From the NCBI RefSeq assembly GCF_001194135.2, contig NC_068985.1, positions 73,343,767 to 73,407,766 on the forward strand: 64,000 nt of DNA, read 5' to 3'. Within the stretch, counting starts at the first letter, position 1; the number at the start of each line of letters is the position of its first letter. Below are positions 1 through 13,239 of the stretch, one piece after another. The DNA comes from Octopus bimaculoides (Eukaryota). The translations under genes were made by a program, and so were the position numbers. The notes below the pieces were generated by a model. That model saw only the letters and a list, made by a program, of their open reading frames with translations. It did no database searches and was not told the DNA's origin.

Positions 1-222
1 GCAGAGTAAAGCCGCTTAGTACAGATTGAACTTGAACTTTGCTGTGCATATGCACTAAATTTTAACGTTCTAGCTTACTTCTGGTGCTTACAGCAGTGCT
101 TGGAATGGAAGGTGTGTAGCGTGTGATCGTTGCATTGGCCAAGACAGAGAATGTTGAGCAGAGAATCTGCATCAAATTTTGCCAAAAGCTTGGAGGTGCC
201 TGTTCAGAGGTCCACGCAAAGT
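1..222 (+). mobile_element. mariner transposon 5' fragment (copy A; 5' UTR plus transposase N-terminus)
   Basis: Frame 123-326 reads AKTENVEQRICIKFCQKLG, the typical mariner N-terminal HTH start. Bases 1-150 are a diverged reverse complement of about 620-770. Confidence 0.85.
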
Positions 223-818
223 TTTCAAAATGTCTTCATCGTTCTCGACACAATGAAGGAGATCTTGTGCAACTGAAACCCGAGTGTCGTTTTAGTCAGC
301 TGAAAGCAGTTTTGGCACAAACTTAGCAGATACGCGTTTCATACCCAAATCTTCAGTGATAATGGACTGAACTGAACCGTAACTAATCTGCACATCCCCT
401 GATAACTCATGGATGGTGATTCGACGATTTCCCCCTCACAACTGCACGCACATTTGCGATGTTTTACTCAGTTTTGCTGGTTGCGGGTCTCCCAGAACGT
501 TCGTCAATATCGACATTTTTCGGCCATTTTGGAAACCTCTGAACCACTCGTACACTTGTGTGCGGTTTTTGCACTCCTCTCCATACACAGGTATCACCAT
601 GACAGTTTTCGCTGTCATGGTTGGTCAATGCGACGATCACACGCTACGCACCTTCTTTCGAAGCACTGCTGTAAACAGCAGAAGTGGGCTAGTGTTTTAA
701 GATTTAATGTGTATGCGCAGTAGAGTTCAAGGTCAATCTGAGCTGAGCAGCTTTAATCTACGTGCTTTATCTATGTAACCTATGGCAACATTCCGGTTAC
801 TTACCGATTAGACCTCGT
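223..818 (-). mobile_element. mariner transposon 5' half (copy B), convergent with copy A
   Basis: With frameshifts and stops, the minus strand reads VYGEECKNRTQVYEWFRGFQNGR..DERSGRPATS..RITIHELSGDVQISYGSVQSIITEDLGMKRVSAKFVPKLLS..VAQDLLHCVENDEDILK. A TIR-like end ACGAGGTCTAATCGGTAAGTAACCGGAATG lies at about 789-818. Confidence 0.9.
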
Positions 819-829
819 TCACATCTACC

Positions 830-1220
830 TATCTGGCTGTGTCTGCTGTGGTGAGGTTTATTTCACAACCACTTCCCAGCCCTTTCTCCGAACTGTTTTT
901 GCTGAGGGAGTGAGATGGATAGAACTAGTCTTTTTACTGTCGAAATGTGAGTTCATTTGGTTTCACAGATAAAAATACTCTTTGAACACATCCCCATCTT
1001 GCAGGTCTCGTAGATTTGAAGAATTTAGAAAGGATGTGGGCCTTTGAAATCTAATCTGGTACAGGTTGGATTTCAAGCATCACTCATTTTTGCTTGCTGG
1101 CGCTACGTGAAATGAAATGTTTTTCTTAAGCACACAACGCATTATTCGGTCCAGAAATCTAAACTACAATCTTACGATTGTGAGTCCAACACTCTAACCA
1201 CTGCTCCACGTACCCCTGCA
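830..1220 (-). mobile_element. degenerate tRNA-derived SINE
   Basis: Minus strand begins GGGTACGTGGAGCAGTGGTTAGAGTGTTGGACTCACAATCGTAAGATTGTAG, a tRNA-like head similar to the 46810 copy. The 3' extent is uncertain. Confidence 0.55.
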
Positions 1221-4200
1221 CCCATACATACGTATGCATATGTGTTAGTGCATGTGTGTGTGTATGTATGTGTGTGTATGTGTGTGTATGTGTGTGTATG
1301 TGTGTGTGTGTGTGTGTTTGAAAAGTAGCTTTTATAAGTAGTATCTTCCTGAATATGTAATTAAAACGATCAAAATAAATTGATAATGCACATGTCGTAA
1401 ATCTATGAAGTCTTTTAATGAGAAACAATGTTATCTTATTTTCATTTTTCTTTTGAAACTTTATATACTCGACACATAGCGCTGATTCTAATTACAGTCT
1501 TTGATAATTAGGATGTTCTGCGCAAATTAGAAGAAATCAGAAATGAAAAATAACAAGAGGAACAACATTAAAAATGTTCATATTTAAGATATTCACTCAA
1601 TAATTGCAACAGAGATGTGAATATAGCATAATGGTAAGGAACAAAAAACTCAATTACTTACTTTGTAACAATAACAACGTGGACGAATTACAAGCTGGTT
1701 TCGTCCGAGTATTTTTTTCAATAATGTATAATTTGATATAATTTAATAACGGAAAGAAAAGAAACTTTTAAACAATGAAAATTTAAGAATGGAATTGAAT
1801 ACTTTTTTATCAACAAACCAAGTCACAATATGTTGGCAACGCCATATTTATACCAAACACAAAAAAGCCTTGGAAAACGTTGTTAGTACCATTAACATAT
1901 ACATACACAATCTCCGTTATTCTCACAACACATAAATTCTGATACACTGGTATTTTCTTTCCGTATATTTTCACAATATATCATCGAGATTTTTGAAGAT
2001 ACTTATACAATGAGGTTGAAGATGATATTGAATATACTTTAAAGTGTTCCAGAAAGCATTTGAGTCCTCTATATTTGTTTTTATCATCCTTATTATTGAA
2101 ATAAAAAAAAGAACAATTAATTTATATGATATTTAAAACAACTGCATAAAACTAATGTGGTTAAAATCATAATACGATGCTAGAAATAAAATAAAAAGAG
2201 CATATAGTTATTTAAATAATCCACATAATAAAATTCAAAGATGCACAAAAGCGATTGATCACTAGAATATATTTCTGTTCACCTTTTCTTGGTTTTTAAA
2301 ATATATATTATTATCATGAACAGATCAGATACTATTTCCTTAACACTTTTCGGTAACCATGCCATCGATTCATTAATTCATTTTATTTGTTTTAAATACA
2401 ACACCCGTTTTATAGAATTTATATTTCATATTGAAACCAAACAAGAATTAGTTAAATAAACTATAGTACCGGTGTTTTTTTCTTTAAATGCAATTCACTC
2501 TTAACACAAATAGATGATGTTATGCGCAGTCTGAAAAATCACAAGGATGTTTGAAATAATGCATATAGTCGCTTATGTAGTTTACAGTATGAATGTATGA
2601 TACTGATTCTAATTGTTAACAGTCAAATGTATGTTTTAGTACTCAAATCAAATTTTCATCTCGTAAATGTCTCAACCTGGAAGTGAATGACATCACCTTT
2701 ATTATTTTTTAAAATATAATGACTTTAAGTATTTTCAGATTAATTTATAATAATACTTCATGTTTTAAACATTATCACAATATATTTTGTAAATGAAAAT
2801 ACTGAATGATATATTTATAAATGTGATTGATTAAAAAGAACAATCGTTTTGATTTGAAAAGGGAGAAAAGAAACGTTTTGAAAAATATACAATAGATTAT
2901 ATGAGGAGATGAATTAGACTGATGCTGGAGACAACTATATTTCATTGTTTATATTGTCAGTCAGTATTATTTTTAGGACGCTAGCTTTGTTAATAACGAT
3001 CGAACGAATATTAAACTAGAACTATTTCAGTCAAGGTAGCAAATTTCAAATTAAACATGGAACAATTCATAAACTAGTGAATGATGGATGTTGCAAAAAT
3101 GGTTAAATGTATTCATGTGAATGATGACGAAATTCCAACACTTCCAATAAAGAATCACGCGGAAACATTTTCTGAAAGTGGCAGAGTTCTTGCAAATTTC
3201 TTGGTAACAGAGATGCCATTATTAAATTATAATTTGCTTATTAATTATTAAGAGATCAGAAATCGGTATATACAGAATTACAATTTGTGTCCCTTTTTCT
3301 CATTGTCATTTTATTTAATAAAATACTAGGAAAGCAATGTGGGGCTCTTGACTTTTACTAAGAATATTGGAGTTGAAAGTGATATGATTTGGATTTAAAC
3401 ACCAATTTAAAATGTGGCCTCGGTTTGACGATACTCACAATATTATTTGATTTGAATACTATCAAACATTAGTTTACTCTTACTTTCTTTCTAATTTGTT
3501 GTAATGTATTCATTCGCACGTTCATTCCTTCTTGCTTCATTTATTTTAAAATTTATATTTTTGTCAATCTTTTTTCACATAATTTACGCTTTTCATTAAT
3601 TTCTTCAGCATTTGATGTTCACAACAAAGTGCAATCAAAGTATTCAACTAGTATATTTATTTGAGGACACCAGTGCAGCAACAATGATATCTCTAGTTTT
3701 GATTGTAACGAAGGTTAACTGCTATCAACCCAAGGTACTGGAGATTGAAAAGACATGTTTTACAAGGGGTTCTCTTTTTAAACTAGGGTTTGAAATATTA
3801 CCACAACAAAACTTACTTATATATCCTGGCTATTTTGTTAGAATTTATTATCTTAAATAATCTTTAGCTATGAGAATATCACAATAAGTGATCAAACTAA
3901 GCGTTTCACATAACAGCATAGTGGCACAAAGTTTTGAAGAGGATTTCAGAAGATTAACTTGAGCTAATACTTGACACATATTTACTATCTAGAGTCAAGA
4001 ATTGAAGTTAAAAGAAATGCGGTCCAATAAAATACCGTAGGAGATTTAGTTAGGTCATCCTATCAGTTCCATCCTTCAAGAAATTACAGTATTAATATCC
4101 TACCTTGTTCAATGTCCCACATTTACAGAGAAGAGCTGTAGTCGATTTCAAGCAATTCGGCAGGATTTGAATTCAAAACATAAAGAAATGAAACTGAATA

Positions 4201-5280
4201 TCAGAATACATTGTTTCAAGCAATCGGCCGATTTTTAGTTCTTCCACCCATTTTACTTATTATATTGAGCTCTAACAGATGATACAAAGCTTCTTATTTT
4301 CGGTAAGTAGTATTGACGATCTTTTCCAATCCCAGTACAACATCGCTACATTATCAATCAATACTGGAGGGTTAAATTCAAATACCGCCTTGGAGAGATT
4401 CAGACTTAAAATACTACGTGACATAAATATATCCCTCAAGACATTTTGTCTGTCGTTTAACGATTCTGGCAATAGTAATTAGTAACACCAATAGCCATAA
4501 GGGTTATTTTGACAATTAATTATTACAATGACTTTCATAACGTTTATGTTGATAAAGATACCACCAATGTAATATATATTAGAATAACAACAATAAAAAT
4601 ATTACAAAAGAAGAACGTATCAACATATGTGTAATATTGTAAGAGCAAGAGGAAATGCATCCCTAAAATAACTATAGCAACATAAAATGTGACGTTTTAT
4701 TGGTGATAGTCATTGTTTACCCCCAAATTACTCATGATCGAGCAAAGATTTGATAATAAGTGTTTCAGTTACGACAATCCCATTCTTTTTTAAACACTGT
4801 TTATAAAGGACACACTAGGTGCGTCGTTGAATATCGTTTAAGGGGTGCTCTCTTTGGCTCGTTATTAGTTTAATTTACATTAGAAAAACTGGGAAAATTG
4901 TGGTATTCATATGTTTCCCGAGGACATTGAACGTTAAGTTGATTCGTTTGAATAGAAATGGAAGTTTTGAGATCACTACATTTTGTTTTCAAAATACAAG
5001 TATTGTCATATAGCCAAGTAGGCAGGAGGTCAGTTGGGTAGCATACAAGCCAACGATTCGCATTCTGTCAATATGACTACGCTGCCTCGTAATAGAGGTC
5101 TTTAGACTGGGTGGCTGTTTTAAACTTTTCCCTCCATCTTACGCTGTTTTCAGTTAATTTCATGTCTTCTCCCAAGTATACTCCCACCCATTTCTTGATG
5201 TTGCATAGCTCTTTTACTAGAGATGCTCATGCATGATCATATTTTCAAAAAGGTAGGTTGTTATGGGGGTGAAGATAAGA

Positions 5281-5497
5281 TATTATTTTCTACTCTAGGC
5301 ACAAGGCCCGAAATTTTTTGGGAGGGGACCGGTCGATTAGATCGACCCCAGGACGCAACTGGTACTTAATTTATCGACTCCGTAAGGATGAAAGGCAAAG
5401 TCGATCTCAGCGGAATTTGAACTCAGAACGTAAAGACAGGCGAAATACGGCTAAGCATTTCGCTCGGCGTGCTAACGTTTCTGCCAGCTCGCCGCCT
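5281..5497 (-). mobile_element. tRNA-derived SINE family A (Nin/Deu-domain-like), full length
   Basis: Head GGCGGCGAGCTGGCAGAAACGTTAG, B-box-like GAGTTCAAATTCC, central CTTTGCCTTTCATCC..GTCGATAAATTAAGTACCAG. At least five further copies occur in the window. Confidence 0.9.
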
Positions 5498-6039
5498 TAT
5501 GGGGTGAAGATTTTGTCTACTTTGTTGTAAAAAAACTAACCAAGGCGTGTAAGTTTGCTCCGGCTAACAACAGCTCGGACTAATTTATAATTAACACCAG
5601 TAAAAGAATCATAGGAAGATTAAAAAGCGAGTAATTGAATAGCGTACGAGATAAAAGACGACCACTTCGTAGTCTCCTCATCCGAAGGCGATCCTAAAAG
5701 AGACATGAATTTCTCATTGCAGTATTTGCAGTATTTACATCAAATTAAAACATAATTGGAAGACAAAAACAATCGATCACTTTTATAACAGGTAATCACA
5801 AATAGAAATATAAATGTTTTGTTCAAGGATAAATATAAATTATTTTCTCACGGATTATAAAGAGAATTAATGTTAAGTAGTACGTCGTCATATTTTCCAC
5901 AGTATTAACTATCTTTCTTTAGGCAAGAGGTATTCATGTTGTACAAGGACATATGGAATTTATGGTAAAGATACCTATCTGTAAGAGAACTAAAGAGGAC
6001 ACGAAGCAGGTTTGTAAACAGTATCATTCTATTGAGTTA

Positions 6040-8035
6040 TCTATATATATAAAGATGAAAATGTGTGTGTGTGTGTGTATGTGTGTGTGTGTATCTGTCT
6101 GTGTGAAACCCTAAAACTCAAGAATTACACAACCGATTTTATTTAAATTTTACACATGCCTTACTTAGGGTCCATGCAGTGTCATGGGCCAAAATAGTTT
6201 CAACTTCTTGCCTAATGCGAACCCAGAGCAATCTCTTATCTCTTACACTATTTCAGTAATATGTCTCTATTTTAATGTGAGATAATACTTTCAGTTTGAA
6301 AGAAGTCTCTCCTATATATATATATATATATATATATNNNNNNNNNNNNNNNNNNNNNNNNNNNNNNNNNNNNNNNNNNNNNNNNNNNNNNNNNNNNNNN
6401 NNNNNNNNNNNNNNNNNNNNNNNNNNNNNNNNNNNNNNNNNNNNNNNNNNNNNNNNNNNNNNNNNNNNNNNNNNNNNNNNNNNNNNNNNNNNNNNNNNNN
6501 NNNNNNNNNNNNNNNNNNNNNNNNNNNNNNNNNNNNNNNNNNNNNNNNNNNNNNNNNNNNNNNNNNNNNNNNNNNNNNNNNNNNNNNNNNNNNNNNNNNN
6601 NNNNNNNNNNNNNNNNNNNNNNNNNNNNNNNNNNNNNNNNNNNNNNNNNNNNNNNNNNNNNNNNNNNNNNNNNNNNNNNNNNNNNNNNNNNNNNNNNNNN
6701 NNNNNNNNNNNNNNNNNNNNNNNNNNNNNNNNNNNNNNNNNNNNNNNNNNNNNNNNNNNNNNNNNNNNNNNNNNNNNNNNNNNNNNNNNNNNNNNNNNNN
6801 NNNNNNNNNNNNNNNNNNNNNNNNNNNNNNNNNATACATATATTTTAAGAAATTTATCTATAATAATTATTGTGGCATTTACCGTTAAATTAGCAGTTCA
6901 TACATGTGCTTCTATTTAGTTAATTTATTCTGAATGCACAAATAAAAACATACTAAATACACACAACTGCTTACAAAATTAGAGACTAATGTACAATTTT
7001 GTCTATGTTCATAATTTTTTGTTTACAATATTGAAAAAATATGCTACCGAAGGAAAGACGTAATTTCTCCAGAAACAAGTATAAAGAAGGAAGATTGTAG
7101 AAAACCGAAGGGGAAAGCTTCAAGAAAGAAGGGAGATGAGACCTTCTCAAGTTCAGGATGGGCATGCTGCAGCACGTCAGATAGAGTCTCAAGAGAGAAG
7201 GGAGATGAGACTTTCCAAAGATCAGCAAATGCATGCTTCAACATTTAATGCTGGATCATTAAATCAATGTTTTAATGATTATACAGAGGTCCAATAGAAT
7301 AGCTCTCAGAAACAGACTACGTACAAAGTCGTTCCTCATAACTGAAGCTGTTTTCAGATATGGTCCATCCCATTCTTATAAAAATGATAATTCTGTCCAA
7401 ATTGGTGTGCTGTCGTTTCTCTAGAGGTTTAAAATTTTCAAATGAAACGAACCGCGTGCGCTGCTCAGGCGGTCAGGTAACATTGCTAGCACTACCAGCT
7501 CCTTCTCAACCTTTTATGGATCTTCTAGAAGGCCCTTACATCCAGTCAAAGGATTTTCTGAACAATATCAGACAATACAACTGCATCTAAGAAGATAGTT
7601 AAACATGAATTTACGCCGACGTCAAAGTTCAAGGGCAAGTCTATCACCTCATTGGTTCCCTGTTACCCACAAATGAACAACCACAATTCCTCCAAATTAC
7701 TTTATGAGTGATGTAGGACAACAAACACGAAGGAGGTGTCAACATTTCAGATGATGGGTCGACTGCTGCAAAAGAGAGTATCCACTAACAGCTTTTCGGT
7801 GCGTTCAAAAATCACATAATCTCCACCCTCAATTTTCCACGACAGGTTAGGGCCTGAAATACTCCAAACGGACCCATAACATGTTGCTTAGTCGAATTAT
7901 TCCATCATTTACTTCACAAATGTCTTGTTGTCAATGCTGCACTTTCCCATATCACCTGTTTCAACATAGCTGTAATATATTACATACAACAAACTATGCC
8001 ATTTTAATCTGAAGCTACGCCGGGTACCTCTGCTA

Positions 8036-8036
<1 letters not shown>
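6040..8036 (+). mobile_element. internally deleted Helitron (contains a 496-N gap)
   Basis: Starts A^TCTATATATATAAAG followed by (TG)n, and ends GCTACGCCGGGTACCTCTGCTAG^T, i.e. TC...CTAG between A and T. ORF remnants: MLPKERRNFSRN (7041), charged repeats QERREMR..ESQERREMRLSKDQ, CSGGQVTL..SKDFLNNIRQYN (about 7460-7585) and KVQGQVYHLIGSLLP..PQFLQI (about 7625-7700). These match the Helitron Rep/Hel N-terminal region. Confidence 0.85.
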
Positions 8037-8092
<56 letters not shown>

Positions 8093-9064
8093 TCTATATG
8101 CACATAGATATGCGCACACATACTCACACACACACAAACACACACACACATACTAAGTGAATGGTATAATGGCAGACATATTCCTAACAAAGCATTTAGC
8201 GGTTTGCATGGATGTTTTTATGGCCAAGGTCAATGCCAGTGAGCTTTTTGAGCACCTCCAACTGTGGTAGCAGGCAGAGAAGAATATCTTAATATCTATG
8301 GACCGGGAATCTGGTCTGTAACCTCGCAACAGAGTAATTTCAGTAAAAGCATCCAAGTGCAAGAGGATGTTCCTTAAACCAGGGAGCGCATTATCTTTTA
8401 TCACTAAACGTCATACACACTCTATAGGACAAGATTACACACTGTTTTAGTCTATGCTACATTCGATTTACATGACTTGTGTAAGCCGCTGGGCTATATT
8501 CGAACTGATGCACCTGAGAGTGATCAATCCTGGAACTACTTAGAAGTGAAATGAAGTTCTTAATCATACGGCAATATAATCGTTCATTATACGTAACGTT
8601 TATTTATAACCGGGAGCCGAATCTATTTTACAAGTTTACTTCATGAGGAGCTTGCATGCTGGACTATAGTTGTCAGAGAACTACCAGGCACCACGAGTGG
8701 TTTTACAAATGCTAAATGAACAACTACGTGCAGCTGAATGAATATCAGTATTGTATGGCCGCTAATCGTAACACTAAAAGAAAGTGATGTATTGTTAATG
8801 TTTTAAGCATTTAAACGCCAAGGAGAGAAGTAGAATCTACGTAACTCATACATAATGGCGGATATTGTTCACAAGGTACTTATGTATATGTTTCGGGAGA
8901 GAACAAAAATATAATGTTTAAGATGTTTAGCAACGACTGAACATACGCATACATTCATATAATATCTAACCAGCCATAAACCTCTCACAGTATATATGTA
9001 TGCATCTATATATATATATATTCACACACAAAAGCACATACTTCTATATTTTCCGTCCATATAT

Positions 9065-9109
<45 letters not shown>

Positions 9110-9212
9110 CATATGTGCGTCTTTGTGTGTGTGTGTTTGTGCGTGTGTGCATGTGCGTATGTGTGTGTGTGTGAGTATTTTCCATCCATATATGTATGTA
9201 TGTATGTATGTA

Positions 9213-9266
<54 letters not shown>

Positions 9267-9932
9267 TATGTGTATGTATGTATATGCATGCTTACACGCG
9301 CATATTTTGAGATCTTCAAGCAAGAGATAAGAAGAAAATTTAAGGTATCAAAATATGTAGTTTCGTTTTGATTGTTGTGAGTTCAAATGTAACTGTTCGA
9401 TATTTTCAACAATATTACTATTCTGAACATTGGGCTATACGAAATCAATATTACCTTTCATGCAAGAAGAAAAATCCTCAGCTCGTTATGTAAGAATAAA
9501 ACATATACATGTCCACATACATACACAGACCCAGGTTTATTGGAATGTGTTTATCTAAACATATATGTTATAAAACAGGTACCTCCACCAGCGAGAAATA
9601 TGGTAATATTATATTGAATGTTTCCCTTTATATATATATAAATATAATCTAGAGATGTTATATTTCAGTGCACTTATATAACATATGCTAAGCATTCATT
9701 TACTTCGATATAACTATAAATTTCATACATAGAACAAAAAGAAACAAAATAACCGTTTTAATGTAGTAAATGCATACGCAATCTTTACGAATCTTTTGTA
9801 GCATTTCTTACGCTATACATCTATCATTCTTTTTGTTATTTCTCAGTAAAGCTTATAGTTCGCACACACGCACGCACACACGCACGCACACACGCACGCA
9901 CACACACCCAGACGTGCACATGTATGTATGTT

Positions 9933-9972
<40 letters not shown>

Positions 9973-10829
9973 CGCAATCTATATCTAAATCTCCGAAAAC
10001 TTTAACCTATTAGTTGTTATGCATGTTGAGGTTATATCTGCCACAGATATAATCACTTATATGTAATTCGTATTTCTAGAAGTAGACTCCATTTGATTTG
10101 AGCTTGAAACTCTTGACAGAAAACGTCCATGTGCATGAATATCAGTTAAAAATGAAAAAGGAAACTACTGAAATGCACTATCTTAATAGTGTCTCTTAAA
10201 AAAAAAAAAATATATATATATATATATTTTCTGCTAGGAAGAGTTGACACTTTCGTTTTATAGAATTCTAATAGTGAAAACCTTCATTCAAATCCCTGCC
10301 GATTTATTCTCTTTTCAATACGAATCACATGTTTTGCATTGAAATATACATTGCAATGTTTTACTTTACTTGATATTACATAGATATAAGAGGTAACCAT
10401 ATTTATTGACAGTTTTTTGCACTGAGAACTGTTTTTCATTTCGAAATAAGAAAAAAAAAATCAATATATGAATTGAGAAACATTTTCTTATTGTAAGTGG
10501 AATAGAAAGGAATCATCATATCAGCAAAGTATCACATATTATGTATTATTGTTTATCCAAAATAAAATATGACAAAATTAGAAAGAGAAAAAGTTTCACT
10601 ACTTGGGTTTTCCCTGAAGTATTTCTTTATGCGTTAATTAAGATTGATATTAATCTGTCTTTCAGTAATACACTTTAACTAGAGAAGAATTCAATTCACG
10701 CTAATTGAACAGTAACTGCATAACTTCATTAACTAACATAGCTGATTTATGTTGTTCTACTTTTTTCTTATCGAGTTTAAATTAAGCTGATTCAACTTAA
10801 CTTATATACAGTTTAGCAGAAATGCGCTT

Positions 10830-11200
10830 TTCCTCATCATTATTTGACTTTGAAGTTTCTTCCTACTTTATATTTAGCAACTCTCATCCCACGATTTTAA
10901 ATCATCCTATAGACATCGGCATCTCTACTTTTAATTACTTAAGAAATATATCAACAATTTCGATTCACTTATGCTACATGACAAAAGATTTCCGACAATG
11001 CATGGAAAAGACTTATTCTCTCTTAAGTTGAAATGAGATACTGTGACATTCATTCTTTCCTGAAAGGATTACATAGTGGTAAATGAAGTGAGATGATTCT
11101 ATTTACCGATGACACTGTGCTGTTTGCTAATATTAGGAGACTGAATGTCAAGCCTAAACAAGAACAAATATCCAAGAGTCTCGTCAATTTTGTTAGTCAG
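10830..11200 (+). mobile_element. highly decayed CR1/L2-type reverse transcriptase fragment
   Basis: ILFTDDTVLF (11096) resembles the RT YADD-box context LFADDT. Upstream, DFEVSS..H..IL...GI...NYLRN resembles DFxKAFD..H.ILL.KL...GI. Confidence 0.45.
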
Positions 11201-11817
11201 CGGTATGAATTCTGCGAAATTGAAATTAAATCTCAAAGAAAAACATGCGTACATAATTGCATGCACGAATCGATCCATCGATCCATCGATCCAATCAGCC
11301 TGCCAACTAAACTTACACAAACATTGGCGGAACAATCGCATTACATCCTCCAGCAAATTGTAAACACAACAGACTTGTTACAATTGTTTGAGACAGTTGT
11401 GTACAGAAGTTGCCCAGCCGATGGGAATAATTCATTCAAAATTTGTCATGAGATTTTCAAAAGTTGGGATAAAACACCTTACGAGTCGGAACTGAACTCC
11501 TCAAAAAGTTCGGAGTTCCAGAAAATTGAGGTGATATCAATACCAACAAAATGTATAACCTATCTTGAAGTTGTGACTGTTACATCATCGCACGTTTCTA
11601 AGATTATATGTTTGAAATTCTAGATCAAGTTAGGGTATTAAATATTTGCGTAAAAGGTGATACTGCGGCAGTTAAGCTTCCCAAATCCGACTAGTATGTT
11701 GATAATGCTAGTAATGCATCGAATATATTATACACGTAAACAGCTGCAATGCCAATATATCAATAAGATGTTATTTTCCTGTGCGGCATGACCTTGTGCC
11801 AAAAGCAATATAAAATC

Positions 11818-11851
<34 letters not shown>

Positions 11852-12388
11852 AGCGTATGAGTATACATATTTATATAGATTATATTCATACAATTCAGCT
11901 TCAAGAAATTAGTTAAGTATTCCGATTCAAAACGCCTAATAAACACACAACTGGCCTAGTAGATTAGTTTGGGCTAAGAAAAAGTACAATTAAATAAGAA
12001 TAAAAGCTGTCTACTGTTGTGGATACCTTCAGCTAGCTGATGTGTACATTTCAATCAAAATAGTGTGAAGAAATAACATTTATGGTGAGCAACTTTGAAG
12101 TCTATAAATTGAATTTCCCGTTTATACACACTACCCCTATACTGCATTTGAATAAGTGCTTTAGTAATACTGAAGGAAAGATGGCAATTTTAGGCTAAGA
12201 AAACTATCATCTAATAGGTATGATGCATACTCAGTAAACATAACAGTGAAAATATGGAAGATTAAAAAAGAAAACAAATTAAGAAGTAGCACATATTTTG
12301 TTATTTGATTTTCAATAAAGGAGTGCCTTGTTTCTTGAAAGTATCCCATTTCTTCATAGGATTGAAAACTCAGTAAAATACACAAATA

Positions 12389-12445
12389 CATACACACGAA
12401 CATCCATACACACGAACATCTATACACACGAACATCCATACACAC
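12389..12445. repeat. 16-bp minisatellite (CATACACACGAACATC) x3.5
   Basis: Directly visible tandem units. Confidence 0.9.
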
Positions 12446-13120
12446 ACTTAAATACATAAATCATATAAGATATGTTGCGGTAGTTAGCTTTCTCATTCAG
12501 AGTGTTATTGATATAAGAAAAGGAAAAGTACATACTGATAGCCAACTAAAGAGAAGATGCAACTAGAGAATGTATCTAAATTATGAATTTAGTTTCAATC
12601 ACAAATATTGTTAAAATAAGAGTTGATATATGTTTATGTGAAACTGTATGGAACAAAGCATGACATGTTCGCAAAAAGAACTCACATAATCATAAGATTA
12701 TTAAACTTTATACTCTTTCACATATTTGTTGAAAACTTTCTCAATGTTTCATGGTTTGAACACCGTATACTCTCTTGGAATAGTGTTATACACTTGAAAC
12801 CAATCAAAATATTTTCTTTTATTGCTAACAGACTGTTATGCCTCAACGCTACTGCTATCTAGCACCTTCGGATGACCTCTACTCAACCGCTACACAACTG
12901 CTACTCGACTGCTACTCAACATTCTACCACGGCCAGACTACCTCTATTTATGTCTTGGGAGATCCTACTTCTTCGTGTGGGGCGTCGACACAACACAGAC
13001 AATTCAAGAAACGTTACACTGCTTGGCACCATCTCAACATTCTGAGAAAGACATATAAATGGTTTTTATATAAATATATAATCTCACATCTATCATCGCA
13101 AGTGAAGTAACATGAAATCA

Positions 13121-13239
<119 letters not shown>

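Noticed and set aside
4270-5250. Possible decayed L1/Tx1 endonuclease on the minus strand (RIVGLYAT and similar)
   Set aside because: Motif matches are too short and scattered to support without a profile search.
8996-9323. ORFs rich in HT, CV, YI or IY dipeptides here and throughout the track
   Set aside because: They are translations of (CA)n, (TG)n and (TA)n microsatellites, open in several frames on both strands.
11093-11623. 176-aa ORF as a host gene
   Set aside because: Only the first residues resemble an RT motif. The rest includes an (ATCGATCC)x3 repeat and has no recognisable domain or splice context.
12389-12445. Short direct repeats as a CRISPR-like array (also 50830 and 52069)
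   Set aside because: They are head-to-tail tandem units with no unique spacers, in eukaryotic DNA with no cas genes.
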